A DNA stretch of 63,783 nt, filler included, from Bipalium vagum (GCA_037834085.1; 3 parts of 3 records of this genome joined end to end with filler, not necessarily neighbours in it), one strand, 5' to 3'; shown: positions 39,083 to 51,033, numbered from the whole stretch's first letter. Made by a program: numbers and translations. The notes: generated by a model not told the origin, from the sequence alone.

Positions 39083-40911
39083 TGTTAGTTGAAAATTAAT
39101 CGGAGATACCGGGATTTGAACAAACAAAATTTTATTTTTTTTTCAACAAATTTTTACATGCATTAACATAAATCATCAGCACATTGTTGTGAGCCTAGTA
39201 TGGCAAAAAAAATAAAACATACAAATAAGTAGTTCAATAAATTATCACTTTTTTTAAAGTTTTGTTTATATAAGTTCATCGGTACATTTATGCAGATCAA
39301 TCTCTTCGTCTATGTTGTCGGATATTGGGTAGCTAGGATTGGAGTCCTCAGTATAGTCTTGCATTTTACAGAAATTCATCGACATCTAACCAACATCGCG
39401 ATGAAATTTCTATTGAGCCGCACTCCACTTGATGTTTGAAGAAACAGAGAATTTTCCGATTTGAGAGTTGAAGGTTTTTAAGAATTCTTTCGTTGCGCTT
39501 CATCCATGATCCAAGACATCCGACTGCAAAAGTGTCCAAATTGATGGTCCATTCTGGCAGAGCTTTCTTCGTTTGATTCAAAGGTTCCTCGTAGTGCCTC
39601 AGATTTTTCTCCTGATTCCAGAAAATATTATTTTCTGTATCATAAGGACATTTGACGTCGATGAAGAATAACACTTTTTGCTCAGTAAATTCTTTTTGAA
39701 GATCGATACGTTTGGTAGCATCAACGTACTGGCTTTCTGCATTGACAAAGATTTTTGCCTTTGTGTTCTGCCTGATTTCCTCTGCCAAATGATCTTGAAT
39801 TGAATTTTGAGGATAATTTGCAAATATTCTAGAAGGAAGACAGTCAACAAGAACATGAGACAGCGTCTCCTCCGGTTCATTGCATCCTCTGAATACTGAA
39901 CCGTGAAGAGTATTAATCTGAATAGAATAAGATCGTGCACGGTGGTTGAAATACCAAGTGGCAATTGATATTTCACCGTTGAAAATTGGCGTTGTTAAAA
40001 GCGTCGATTGACCGATTGACGAAGCGAAGCGACTTGCACTGGATTGAGAATTCCAGCTGTCGTTCCATACGTGTTTCACGAGATTGTGGAGAGCTTTGGA
40101 TATTACCTTTGAGTCTTTGTGTTTAATGATCCCTTCGTTCTGATAGCTTGAGTGAAGATGTTGGAAGTACTTCAAGCAAATGTCATTTTCATTCTTTTCG
40201 AATTTGATTGATATTTTATGGCGTGATTTCATTTGATTAATGGTCGAACGTTTCTTTTTCCACCAGCAATTTTGAAGACATTGAACATCTCCTTGATTCA
40301 ACCATTCAACTTTCTTGCCCAAACCTAGATTTGAAGCAGTAGAAATTAGCGAAGAAATTGAGATCCGTCTGATGATTTCGTCGGAAGAGTTGAAAATTTA
40401 AAATTGACTGCACTAAGTATTCATCAACAACAGAAACAATACCTGCTCCACCATGAGATTTCGGTGTGTACAAGTATTTTATTGATGACGAAATACCAAG
40501 ACCAAGTATACTTTTCAACAGGCGCTGAATATTAGGCTCTATTGATTTTTTCCCTTGTGTCATTTCATTAAAAGTGATGTACTTGTTCCGAAAAGCAAAG
40601 ATCATTTTAGAGTGAATGAAGACATGATAAACATTCAATTTCTGCCAAGGATAGAGAATGCTATCAGCGATCGTTTTCAGCTCATGTATGATTTTTGCAA
40701 ACAAAGATCTCGGTGGAGAATGAATATTTTCACAGAAATCAATACCCAAGTATTCATCAACCATCATAGTAGCAATAGGAGATTCATCAATTTTCAAAGT
40801 AAATGCATTTTGAACTTGAGGGACACGAACAAAAGCACACTTTGAGGGCCTTCACGTGCGCATGGACTGCTCTGACCGCTGAGCTACAACTAATTTTCAA
40901 TTTATCTCACA
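39083..40911 (-). mobile_element. Copy B: tRNA-Ala-like LTR (TG...CA) split by a 5'-truncated Utopia/NeSL-like RLE retrotransposon
   Basis: Minus strand: tgtgagataaattgaaaattag-ttgtagctcagcggtcagagcagtccatgcgcacgtga | RT thumb, zinc knuckle, RLE and 3' UTR | gttcaaatcccggtatctcc-gattaattttcaactaaca. Confidence 0.85.
39267..40850 (-). pseudogene. RLE-type non-LTR ORF (RT end, CCHC knuckle, PD-(D/E)xK endonuclease), frameshifted
   Basis: PSKCAF, YLGI, LYPWQKL, YLYTPKSHGGAG, WYFNHRAR, RGC...ETLSHVLVDC, NSIQDHL, KRIDL, IDVKCPY, VGCLGSW and VSSNIKWS motifs, typical of Utopia/NeSL-group elements. Confidence 0.9.
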
Positions 40912-41272
40912 ATATATTTTATTCTTGTGATTGAGATTTTGATTTTTTCAAATACACAGTTTTTAAATTTAGAAACTCAATTATTTTTAACGTAAAAATG
41001 ACGAAAATCGGATTTATTTTGTGATGTTTGTCTTAAAAACTAAAACAGTATTATTTTCTCATTTGAAATCTGAAGATCATTTAGAAAATTTAAAAAAAAA
41101 ATAGTAATATTTTTATGAACTACCTGGAAAAGAATCAAGATATAAAATTAAATTATTTAAAAATATTCAAGATAAAAAAACAATGCCGTCCATAAGTTTT
41201 GGGCCACCCTGTAAATATCGAAATAATTGTAGATTACGAATTATATTAAAAGTTTTATGATTTGAACTATGT

Positions 41273-41372
41273 NNNNNNNNNNNNNNNNNNNNNNNNNNNN
41301 NNNNNNNNNNNNNNNNTTAATTAATTAANNNNNNNNNNNNNNNNNNNNNNNNNNNNNNNNNNNNNNNNNNNN
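41273..41372. other. Artificial contig linker (N-TTAATTAATTAA-N)
   Basis: Same 100-nt stop cassette as 19739-19838. Confidence 0.97.
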
Positions 41373-41819
41373 ATTAGTATTATTATTAAATTGCCAAATA
41401 AAATAATATAATTAATTTTTTTATTATTACTACTAATTATTATTCTTTTAATATCATTATAATTACCATTACCATTATCCTAATTATTCTCACCACTGTT
41501 GCCCCCAAACCAAAACATTTTTGAATCTTGCTTTTATCATGGAAAAGAACTCAAAAAATCATAAAAAGGATTTAACTAGGGATAATATGGTATAAAAAAT
41601 TTATAAGTAATTCTGCTCTCTCTTAATACATTTAACACACTTGGTTTTATGAAACATAGCATTGTCCATCATTTCGGCTATTAGTCGAGGCAATTTCTTC
41701 ATCTTCAGTTATGTTGAGAATAAAAATTTAAATCTTTTCAAAGCATTTCAAAACATATATTTAAACAAAATAACATTTCAAAAAATAAATTAACCACTTA
41801 ATAAGGAATTAAATAATTA

Positions 41820-43230
41820 ATTCCTTATATCCCCCTTTTTGATATATCCCCCTTCATCTCTTCTACGTTTCTCTCGATTCGTTTCCCTGATTGGTCCTTA
41901 CTTCATATCTTCTATCATAAATTTTTCTGATCACTTTGTATGGTCCAATATATCGATCTTGTTCCTTGTTCCTGTTCTCTGCTTTTATCAGAACGTTGTC
42001 TCCGATAGAAAATATTCTAGCCGTTGAGACTTGGGGCACACTTAGTTCGGTTTCTGTCTTTCTCATTCTGCTCCCCAAATTCATATTTGGCATCCCCTCT
42101 TCCCTGAAAATTTTCCTGTCAAAAACAATTTCCACCGAGCTTCTCTCCGTAGATTTTTGGACCGTAGCGTTGATAGCAAACTCAACTTCTTGTAGAATCT
42201 CTGCGTATTTGCTGAATTGGTCTATTATTGCAATGATGTACTTTTCCCTCTCACCAGTTTCTCTTAAAGGGCCACAAATATCAATGTAAATCTTCTCAAA
42301 CGTCTCTGACATAGCGGGGTTGACAGTTTTCTCTTTCATCACCTGAGTCGCATTTTTTGACACTATTCGCAGCAACTGAAAATCGCCTTCACAGCCTCTT
42401 TTAGTTCCTGGATTTTGTATAAGTTCTTCATGTATTGGTATGCTCTCTCTGCAACCACACGGGTCAGTTGATGATGAGTCTCAGAACATAGTTCCAATAT
42501 ATCTGTTTTTGTTTGTTTCTCAACTATTGACTTTGGAGCTCTAGTTGTCTTGTCATGTCTCCGCTGCGAATCAGTTTGTATTCCGTTTAAGGTTCTAGTT
42601 TTGACCTTTTTTTTCATCCTCATGTTCCAATAAACATTGAGAACAAATTTCACAAATAGCTCTGGACAGCATGTCTGCGTTCCCATGATTTATTATTTTC
42701 ATATATTTTATATCCATAACTAGGCTGCTCAAATAGTTTATCCAGTTTTGAAATTAGGCCATTACCAGTTTCTTTGTTGACATCATGTAGGTGATCGCCT
42801 TTTGCTCCGTGCGGAGGATAAACTTCTTTCCATATAAATAATGCGTTTGGTATTGGCATATATATTATATATAATATAATAATATAATATTATTATATAT
42901 AATTATATATATATATATATCTTACAGCATTTAACCACCTGAAATCCAAACAGATTCGTATATCATTTTTGTCCTTCTTCCACATACATACTAGCGGTGA
43001 ATTCCAAGGAGAATTACAGTTCTTTATGATTCCCTGTTCAAGCTAATTCTTGATGACCTCCGATATTTTGGTCTCCAGATGAACTAGTTGTCTGTAGGGC
43101 TTAGCATTTATTGGATTACCTTTAGTTTTGATCTCATGTTTGACCAGATGTGTTGAACCAATATCCCAATTATCTGCCATGAAACCACTAGTGTGATGTC
43201 GAACAAATCCATTAGTTTTTGATTATTGTC
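41820..43230 (-). mobile_element. Deleted gypsy pol remnant(s): RT start, RNase H end, integrase, PPT
   Basis: KPYRQ..IIKNCNSPWNSPLVCMWKKDKNDIRICLDFRWLNAV; LYGKKFILRTEQKAIT...NADMLSR; FEKIYIDICGPL...IDQFSKY; YIGPYKV; PPT aagggggata. Confidence 0.9.
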
Positions 43231-44709
43231 GCACTTAAGTTCTTTTACTGAAGCCTGGAATCTTTTAATTAGCTTACTAGCAGTGAACCTACTTAAATCA
43301 ATGTTTTGGAATATTATTAGTGTTATATTCACCAGAAGTGTGAATACCTATTACTATATCGTAAATTTCTTTGGAAACACATTTTCTTTGTATCTTATTA
43401 GGTATTTAAGAATTAAATTAGGGATTTTCAAAAAAAAATGACGTCGGATATAGTAAAAGAATGTTGCATTAAAATAATAATTAAAATAGTAATTCCTGAT
43501 AAAGAACATTTTAAACGTGACACTTAAATTACACGTTGTTGTGGTTTTGAATAACATTTATTAAAAACATTTAATAAAAACATTTCATTAGCAAAAACGA
43601 ATAGGTTTCTCACTATTTAATAATTTTTTTACCAACTAATTCAATAAAATAAGGATTAAAAAAATATTTCAATTTACCATCTCTGTTTTTACTGTTTTAT
43701 TTGCTGACGGTTAAGGAGAAATAGTTTAAACTTTATTTCTCATTTTAGTAACAAGGGTCGTTTTTTCGAATTTACAATTTGTGTCAATACTATATATGGA
43801 GACTCCCAGGCTTTGGTCCATTGAAAACTTGATCATTTATTACATATTGTAAATTTGGACAAAAGCATTTAGTATATCTGTTCCGAACCTTTTTATATCC
43901 TTTGTTATCATTTATGAAAGAAAATTATGACTTTCTGTTTTAATTGTAAAAGTTAGAACCAATAGAGACCAAAAACCCTTCTATCTTTCTTTCCCATGAT
44001 AAAATATGATATATTTTATAAACTCATGGGATCATTGTGTTATTCTAAATTTCCGTCATTGAGGATACTGATACTATAAGTGAGTGACAAATTTTATGTA
44101 TTGAATTTCTATAGTGTTGAATCGACTATTTGATGTTGTATTATTGTAAATTAAATAAGGTATTAGACTTAAGATATTTTATTTCGAGTTGCGTATCCAA
44201 CCATTACATTTTTGGAGTCAGATAAATTACATAATTGGTTAATATTCAAAATATTAACAAAACTAACCAGTGATCAAGTAAATATAGTTCAAGTATACAA
44301 TTAATTTATTAGTTTCAAAGCAATTAGTTCTTTTATTATTTACTTATTTAAGAAAAATAACAAATATAAGTATGAGTCCAAAGTTTTTCATTATTTTAGT
44401 TATCTTAAGTATTTGTTTAATCACATCATTTAAATTTTTAATTTACATAAAATTGTTATCATTTTAAAGCTACTGAAAAGCGGAATCTATGTACGATTTA
44501 AAATACAATATTTCTAAACTTTATTAAATTATTTTATACTTTATAATGATTGATGAAAAAACAGTAGTTCGAATGTTATAATGACATTACTTGAAAAAAG
44601 GCATTGCAACGGCAACTGCAAATTGGAAGGCAAGGATTTTTTTCAAGGAAAGCATAGCGCAATGATGGTTTCTTCGCTTCAAATAAATTGAAAATGCAAA
44701 GAAATATAG

Positions 44710-46705
44710 GATTGTTAGATACGTCTTTTCAGATGAAAACATTTATTTGATGAAATACATGGAAAATACTGTTAAACTGTCATCAGTGTCTCTCAAATGT
44801 TAAAAATAGTCACCTATAGTTTTAAGGTATTACTGCCAACGATTTGGAAGCCATCTTTTTCCATCTGAAAATGATTTAGGTAATTTTGAACTAAACCACT
44901 TTATGTCAATCAAGAGTTCTTTAGAATTTTTGTACGTATTTCCACGAATTGACGATTTCATTCGAGAAAACAGATAATAATCAGCCCGAGAAAGATCCGT
45001 AGCGCAAGAATTTTGAACCAAAACTCCAAAGAAATTGTTGAGTATTTCTAGTAACATGCGGACATGCATTATTTTCCAAAATGTTGAAATTTTCAAAGCA
45101 TCCTAACATTCGTCCCCTATTTTGTCAAAGAGATTCAACTAGTTTATATAACTGAAGACATTAAATTTCTGATTTTAAGTTTGTATTGGGAGGGAGTGCA
45201 TAGCACAGCAAGATTCCTTTATAGTCCAAAAGTATTGTTAGAGATGTTTTCTGAATGGAAGCAGTTGGATGATCATCAGAACCATACCAGGTTGCGCTTT
45301 AATTTGTGGTACAATTTGTAAAACCATTACGTAATCACAACGTAATTTTATTTTTGTACCACATAAATTTTAATGAAATTATAATATAAAATTGTACCAT
45401 ATAAATTTTATTATTTTGTTTTAAAAAAATTTGGGATATATTAGTATAACCTTTCAAATAATGCAAAAACAAGGTAGGTTTTATAATTTTTTATTAGTAA
45501 TTAATAATTTTTTTGTATTTAGTGAATTATTGGAACCCTGCCAGAATCAACAAAACCTTTGATAATGAGGTAGATTCCATCAGATGGTCAATGGGTAACG
45601 GCATGTTACACAACATGAAAATACGCCCATTTGAGGGTCGCGGAGAGATGAAATTACAGATCTCTCATGGCCATGGTAGATTTAACTGTCGGAAAAAACC
45701 ACATGAAAACATGTGCGTTTCACTAGCGAAAGGGACTTGGTTTGAAAAGACCAGAATTCCCATTTGCAAGATCTATAAGTAATAATATTTAATTATATTT
45801 AATATTTACTTAATTTTAATTTAGAATTATGTATGGTTTCGTAAATGACGATTCATACGAGAAGATTATCAATAGTGTCAAAGACGAAACGAAGATGAAA
45901 GAAGAGCAATGGCAGCAATTTTATGCGACGGGAATGGCGCTTAAATGGCCTCGATGGCTTTGAGGAGCGTCTGAAATACATACGGGAATGTTATAAAATA
46001 AAATAATTTTTGGTAGATTATTCGTTGTTTTTAATTTTTATTATTGTGTTTTCCAGTTGTGTTTATTTATATTTTGTATTTAATTATAATTATTTAATAT
46101 TTTGTACCACTTATTTTTTTATGATTAAGCAATTTATTACACAAGGTACAATTTTACAAATTGTACCACAAAGTAAAGCGCAACCCCATACCACGATCTA
46201 TGATGATATGACTTGTTCCTATTATCCCAATATGAAAAAAATTCATCTACAGTAATAAGCTGTGAAAGGAAATCATTATCATTGTACATGGTCAGCAATT
46301 CATCACAAATTCTTGCTCTATTCTGTTTGTTTTCTTCGTAAGATGCAGTAGCCATTTATTTAAAAGATATATTTCCCACATTGTACGTAAATGTCTAGTT
46401 ATTGTAACATAATTTACATAAATTTCCTCTGTCATTACACGCGATGTTGCTTATTTGTCTCTACAGGAAATCATTGATCTTTTTCTTCAAAGTTATCGAT
46501 CTTCAAAGGACGCCCATGCTGATCTTTATCCTCGACGTTGAAAATTCCACATCTAAACTTCGTTATAACATTTTGGACATTTCTTGTTGAAATGGTTCCA
46601 TCTCCCAAAACAGAATTTATCTTAGCAATATCTGGAGTTCTCATTTGATCCATCCATAAAAATTATATTAATTTTTTAAAATCTTCTATACAGTTCCATA
46701 TCTAA
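44710..46705 (-). mobile_element. Mariner remnant interrupted by a Merlin element
   Basis: INSVLGDGTISTRNVQ..KFRCG..VEDKDQHGRP; FLSQLITVDE..YWDN..SWY | insertion | ...DLSRADYYLFSRMK..LPNRWQ. Confidence 0.88.
45290..46185 (+). mobile_element. Non-autonomous Merlin element (896 bp) with TIRs and 8-bp TSD
   Basis: TIR ggttgcgctttaatttgtggtacaatttgtaaaa / ttttacaaattgtaccacaaagtaaagcgcaacc; TSD ccatacca at 45282-45289 and 46186-46193; SLAKGTWFEKTRI motif; DDE core deleted. Confidence 0.92.
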
Positions 46706-46828
46706 AATAACAAAATATATAAATTATGTATTATATTTTACATAGATTATTAAAAAATGATTTTAAAACAGAGACAAATTATAAAAATAAAATATTAAAA
46801 CAAAGAGTAATTATAAACTTAGTTATTA

Positions 46829-47465
46829 CAGGGTTATGCAGAAATATATTGAAAATTATTCAAAATATATAGAAAAATATTCAGAAATATATAGTGGAGA
46901 TGTACACTAAATAAATTCTTGTCTCGCCAAGGTTTTCTATAAACCGCCTCATGTTGTGAAAATAATGACTTTTTATCTATATCGTTATGCATGAGTACTT
47001 GAATAATAAATCGTCCCGATTTATAATGGTTCTTATAAAGAATGATACAGTATTTGTGAATTGTAGCTGAGGCGAGTATGGTGGCAGAAATAACATCTTA
47101 AATAACTTAATAACATCTTTGCGTTGATGGAACCTTCAATTGTCCATCACCAATACATCCCCAGGATTTCGATCGAAATGATTGCATAGCTTGTCAATAA
47201 TAAAGTCCATTGAAAGATCCGTCTTTGATTTAGAAGCATAAAATGCCTTTAAATTTGATTTAATAAAAAACAGATGACAAAACAAAAAACCTGACATTTT
47301 AATAGCAACCGTGCAGCTGATATTTTTGGCTGACTAAAATGTGATCAAATTTAAGTAGAAAAAATCGAATTTTTTTCTATATATTTCTGAATAATTTTCT
47401 ATATATTTTTGCATAGAATTATATATATTTTGAATATTTTTCTATATATTTCTGCAATAAACCTG
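46829..47465 (-). mobile_element. Non-autonomous Tc1/IS630-like element with long, internally repetitive TIRs
   Basis: TA-cagggttatgcagaaatata... / ...tatatttctgcaataaacctg-TA; internal VLVMDN*RFH and FLPPYSPQL. Confidence 0.85.
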
Positions 47466-48041
47466 TATATTTTAATAACTTAACAAATTTATCGGAAAAG
47501 ACGGAAAAATACTGAAAATATTAATTGATTTTCTTCACATCATTATTTATTTATTTTTTCGAAAACACATTCAATTTTTAATCAATCATGTGATTTAATT
47601 AAGCTACACGATGGAAAATATAAAGATAAGTATATAAAATACAGTTTTATTGATAATTTACTTCTTTCATCAAAAGGATGAGCACATTATAGCAGAAAAT
47701 AAAAAATGGTACACGGAAAACTTGTAATAATAATTGTAATCTGTCAATATGGTTTTTTATGTATTAATCATTATCACATTACTGATCAAAACAAAAATAG
47801 TCTGCTGTATTATTTAAAACAATAAAATAATAATGATAATTATTTACCATTTGTTATAGATTGGCATTAAGGAAGCAATTTACAAAGTAATATTGTCCAC
47901 TGTCCACCGGAAATTATTAATAGTAACATCTTTATGAAATAATACATAATTATTTTGGAAAACAGTACTGATTGTCAAAGTAGATTTTTTCATATATATA
48001 TCTATTAATACGAAACCAGTTCTTATTTATTAACATTACTC

Positions 48042-50987
48042 ATGAGTGATAACCAGGCATTCAATAATCATAATATAGATGATGAAGAAACCTCAAATAG
48101 GAAAAATGATCAATCTTGTGATAGGGATCCAAATTATGTCCATTCAAGTATTCAGTTGAAAAGTTTAGGTTCCACTAATCAAATGACAAATGATGACAAT
48201 ATTCAGAATCCAGGTAAAAGAAAAATATTTGTATACTTTTAATGACCTTTCCTAACATTTCCTCATACTGCAGCTGCTTGTATAGCTATTTACTGATGAT
48301 AACCTTTTCCAGAAATAAAAATACATTTAAAGTATTCTTTCACAAATGTTTTTTTTCGTCATAAATGCAAATTCTGATTAAAAATCAAGGAGCAGAACGA
48401 ATACATTCCTTTGATGCCATTATAAAATGTTAACATATTATGAGAAAATTCCGAAGCTATGTAATATTATTAATTTCAAAGAGAACTAGTTGTATTTTGT
48501 TCGCAGTCCGTGAGATATTGAGTTTGGTTGTGAAGGTTACATTCAAAGAGTAATATCTAAGATGCCAAATTCTGAGAGAACGTAAAAACCTTTTTCGAAT
48601 GCAAATCATTGATCACAGCCATTAATTTTTCCGAATTCTTCGTTTTAATAATTATATTACTGGAGTGACAAAAAGTGATTTTAAAAATATATATTAATAT
48701 ATTAATACTTTATGAATAGATATTTACTTTATTATTATTTCTTATTATTATTATTATTATTAATAGAGTACAACATTCCTTATATTGTAAAATATGCTTA
48801 GTTTAATTTTTTACGATTTTAAGTTCCTTTCATGACATTCATGGCACTTACCATTTCTAAGATTTTTAAATTTTACAATAGTTAAGTCCATTTATCTCTT
48901 TTAAGGTAGATAAATAAAAATAGTTTTTCTAATAACTAATATCTGTTATTATTATTATTTCGAGACCTCCTTCACTGGTTGGAGTACTGGTGTGGTTGTC
49001 ATGTTGGTATTCGAACGAACAAAATTGTATTTCTTACAACAAGGTTTTTTATTACATGAACATAAATCATCACACATTTCTGAGTCTAGTGTGGCATTTT
49101 TACAAAGTAAAATAAAAAATAAGTTTAACACAAAATTTACAATTGTGGAAGTAGTCTCATTTTTTATATTAATTTTTCATTGCAGTCTGTTAGATTCTGG
49201 CCATCATATTCTCCTCTTTCTGTCTTTGTGGATCAACATTAGCAATGTCGTTCATTTCAGAATGATTCATCTATAGCTTTCCTACATTTCGATGAAAGTG
49301 TCTTTGAGTTACGCTCCACTCGGTGTTCGATGATACGGAGAATTTTCCGATTTCGGCTGACTTTCGCTTTGAAATCTGTAGGCTTTTGAGGATATAATCA
49401 TTCAGCTTTCGGAGCTAATCTTTAGCTGATGAATGATTTCTGCCAACAGTGATCTCGGTGGAGAATGGAGATTTTCACAGAAATCTACTTCAAAATATCT
49501 ATACGTTTCATCAACACTCAGCTTACAGATCGAAGAATCACCAATTTTCAAAGAGTATGCATTTTGAGCCTGCGGAATGCGAACAAAAGCACACTTAGGA
49601 GGCTGAAATTTCAAATGGAGCCATGATGATACATGAACTGGGCGATCCTGGAGATCTTGCATGCGTGGTCGACTGGTAGCTAAAAGTACTACATCATCCC
49701 CATAAACCAGCTCAATAGATATTTACGAATTAGTACATCAGGCTTAAATCAGTTGATGATCTATTACTAGATGATCTCCAGAGAAACAGATTTTTCTCTT
49801 TTATCTGTAGTATTTCATAAAAGTAATTTAAAGCTTTATGATCACATCCACAAGGACTGCTCTGACCACTGAGCTACATCCCCAGACTAATTTTTAATTT
49901 ATCTCACAATATATTATAATAATTTTATTGAGATTTGGAAATTATAAATATTTTAGTTTATAACAATTATTTAATAATTATTTTTGTCCTCGAAAACTGA
50001 TAAAACTGAAAACTATTTATTCTTCATCAATAACAAAAATAAATGTGTAAAAGCAAATTTGAAAAAATTAAAGTTTTGATATGTAAAAAAATAAAATTAA
50101 AAAAAAGAACTAAAAACGTATAAAACAATAAATAAAAACATCAATAATTAAAAATAAATTAAAAAAAATATATTAAAAATAAATTCCAATTAAAATAAAA
50201 TGATATACTTTACATACTGATGATTAAAAACGGAATAGATTATATTTCTGTTTCAGGAAATGAAGAACATTTTTAAAAATTTTGATATAAAATAGTAAAA
50301 ATTTTTTTTCCCTCAAATAATGTAAATAGCAAATTGTACGAGGTACGTAATAAATAATAGAAGAAAATTTTTGTACGGTACAATTGCCCATAAATAATTT
50401 CAGCATAAATTGGCCTTTTTGTCGAAAAATATTCATCAATAATTATTATTATCAATAATTATGTTATTATTAGGTAACCAATAATATAATATAATATCAT
50501 ATTATAGTTCCAAAACTCCATCTAGGTAGTCGAATTTCCTTTCATATCGAAGAACAATTATCTTAATAAATGCAGATTCTGCTTATAGTCCTCCGTCGTG
50601 TAAGAAAGTGAAAAAAATAGCTTTGTGGTTGTTTATTTAAAAAAATTAAAATGAAATAAAGATAAATTTTTCAATTTATAAATTTTAAGGTAGGTTAATG
50701 ATAAAAAAACTTTTTGAGATTTATTTCATTTTTATTTCATCAGACAATTATCAGATTTGATTCATTAGAGAATATTACAGAAAAGACTAAGGGGCATTTA
50801 AAATAAAAACAATACAGATAATAATATTATTGAATAAATCAGATAGTTGAAGATTCGAAACAGCAGATATGAGAAAAATGTTTTTACAAGAAATGAGCTG
50901 ATCAGTATTTTAGGATAAGGAACATTAGTGTTCATCTAGATATGCAAATTTAGTTAAATTCATTGAATAATAATAATAATAATAATA

Positions 50988-51033
<46 letters not shown>

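Noticed and set aside
39078-40916. Target-site duplication around copy B
   Set aside because: Flanks atgtc and atata match at only 3 of 5 positions, so no TSD is claimed.
40911-43230. Idea that the gypsy pol at 41820-43230 is the internal region of the tRNA-LTR at 39083-40911
   Set aside because: They are separated by a contig linker, the pol has its own PPT followed by a different sequence (tataagga), and no PPT precedes 40911.
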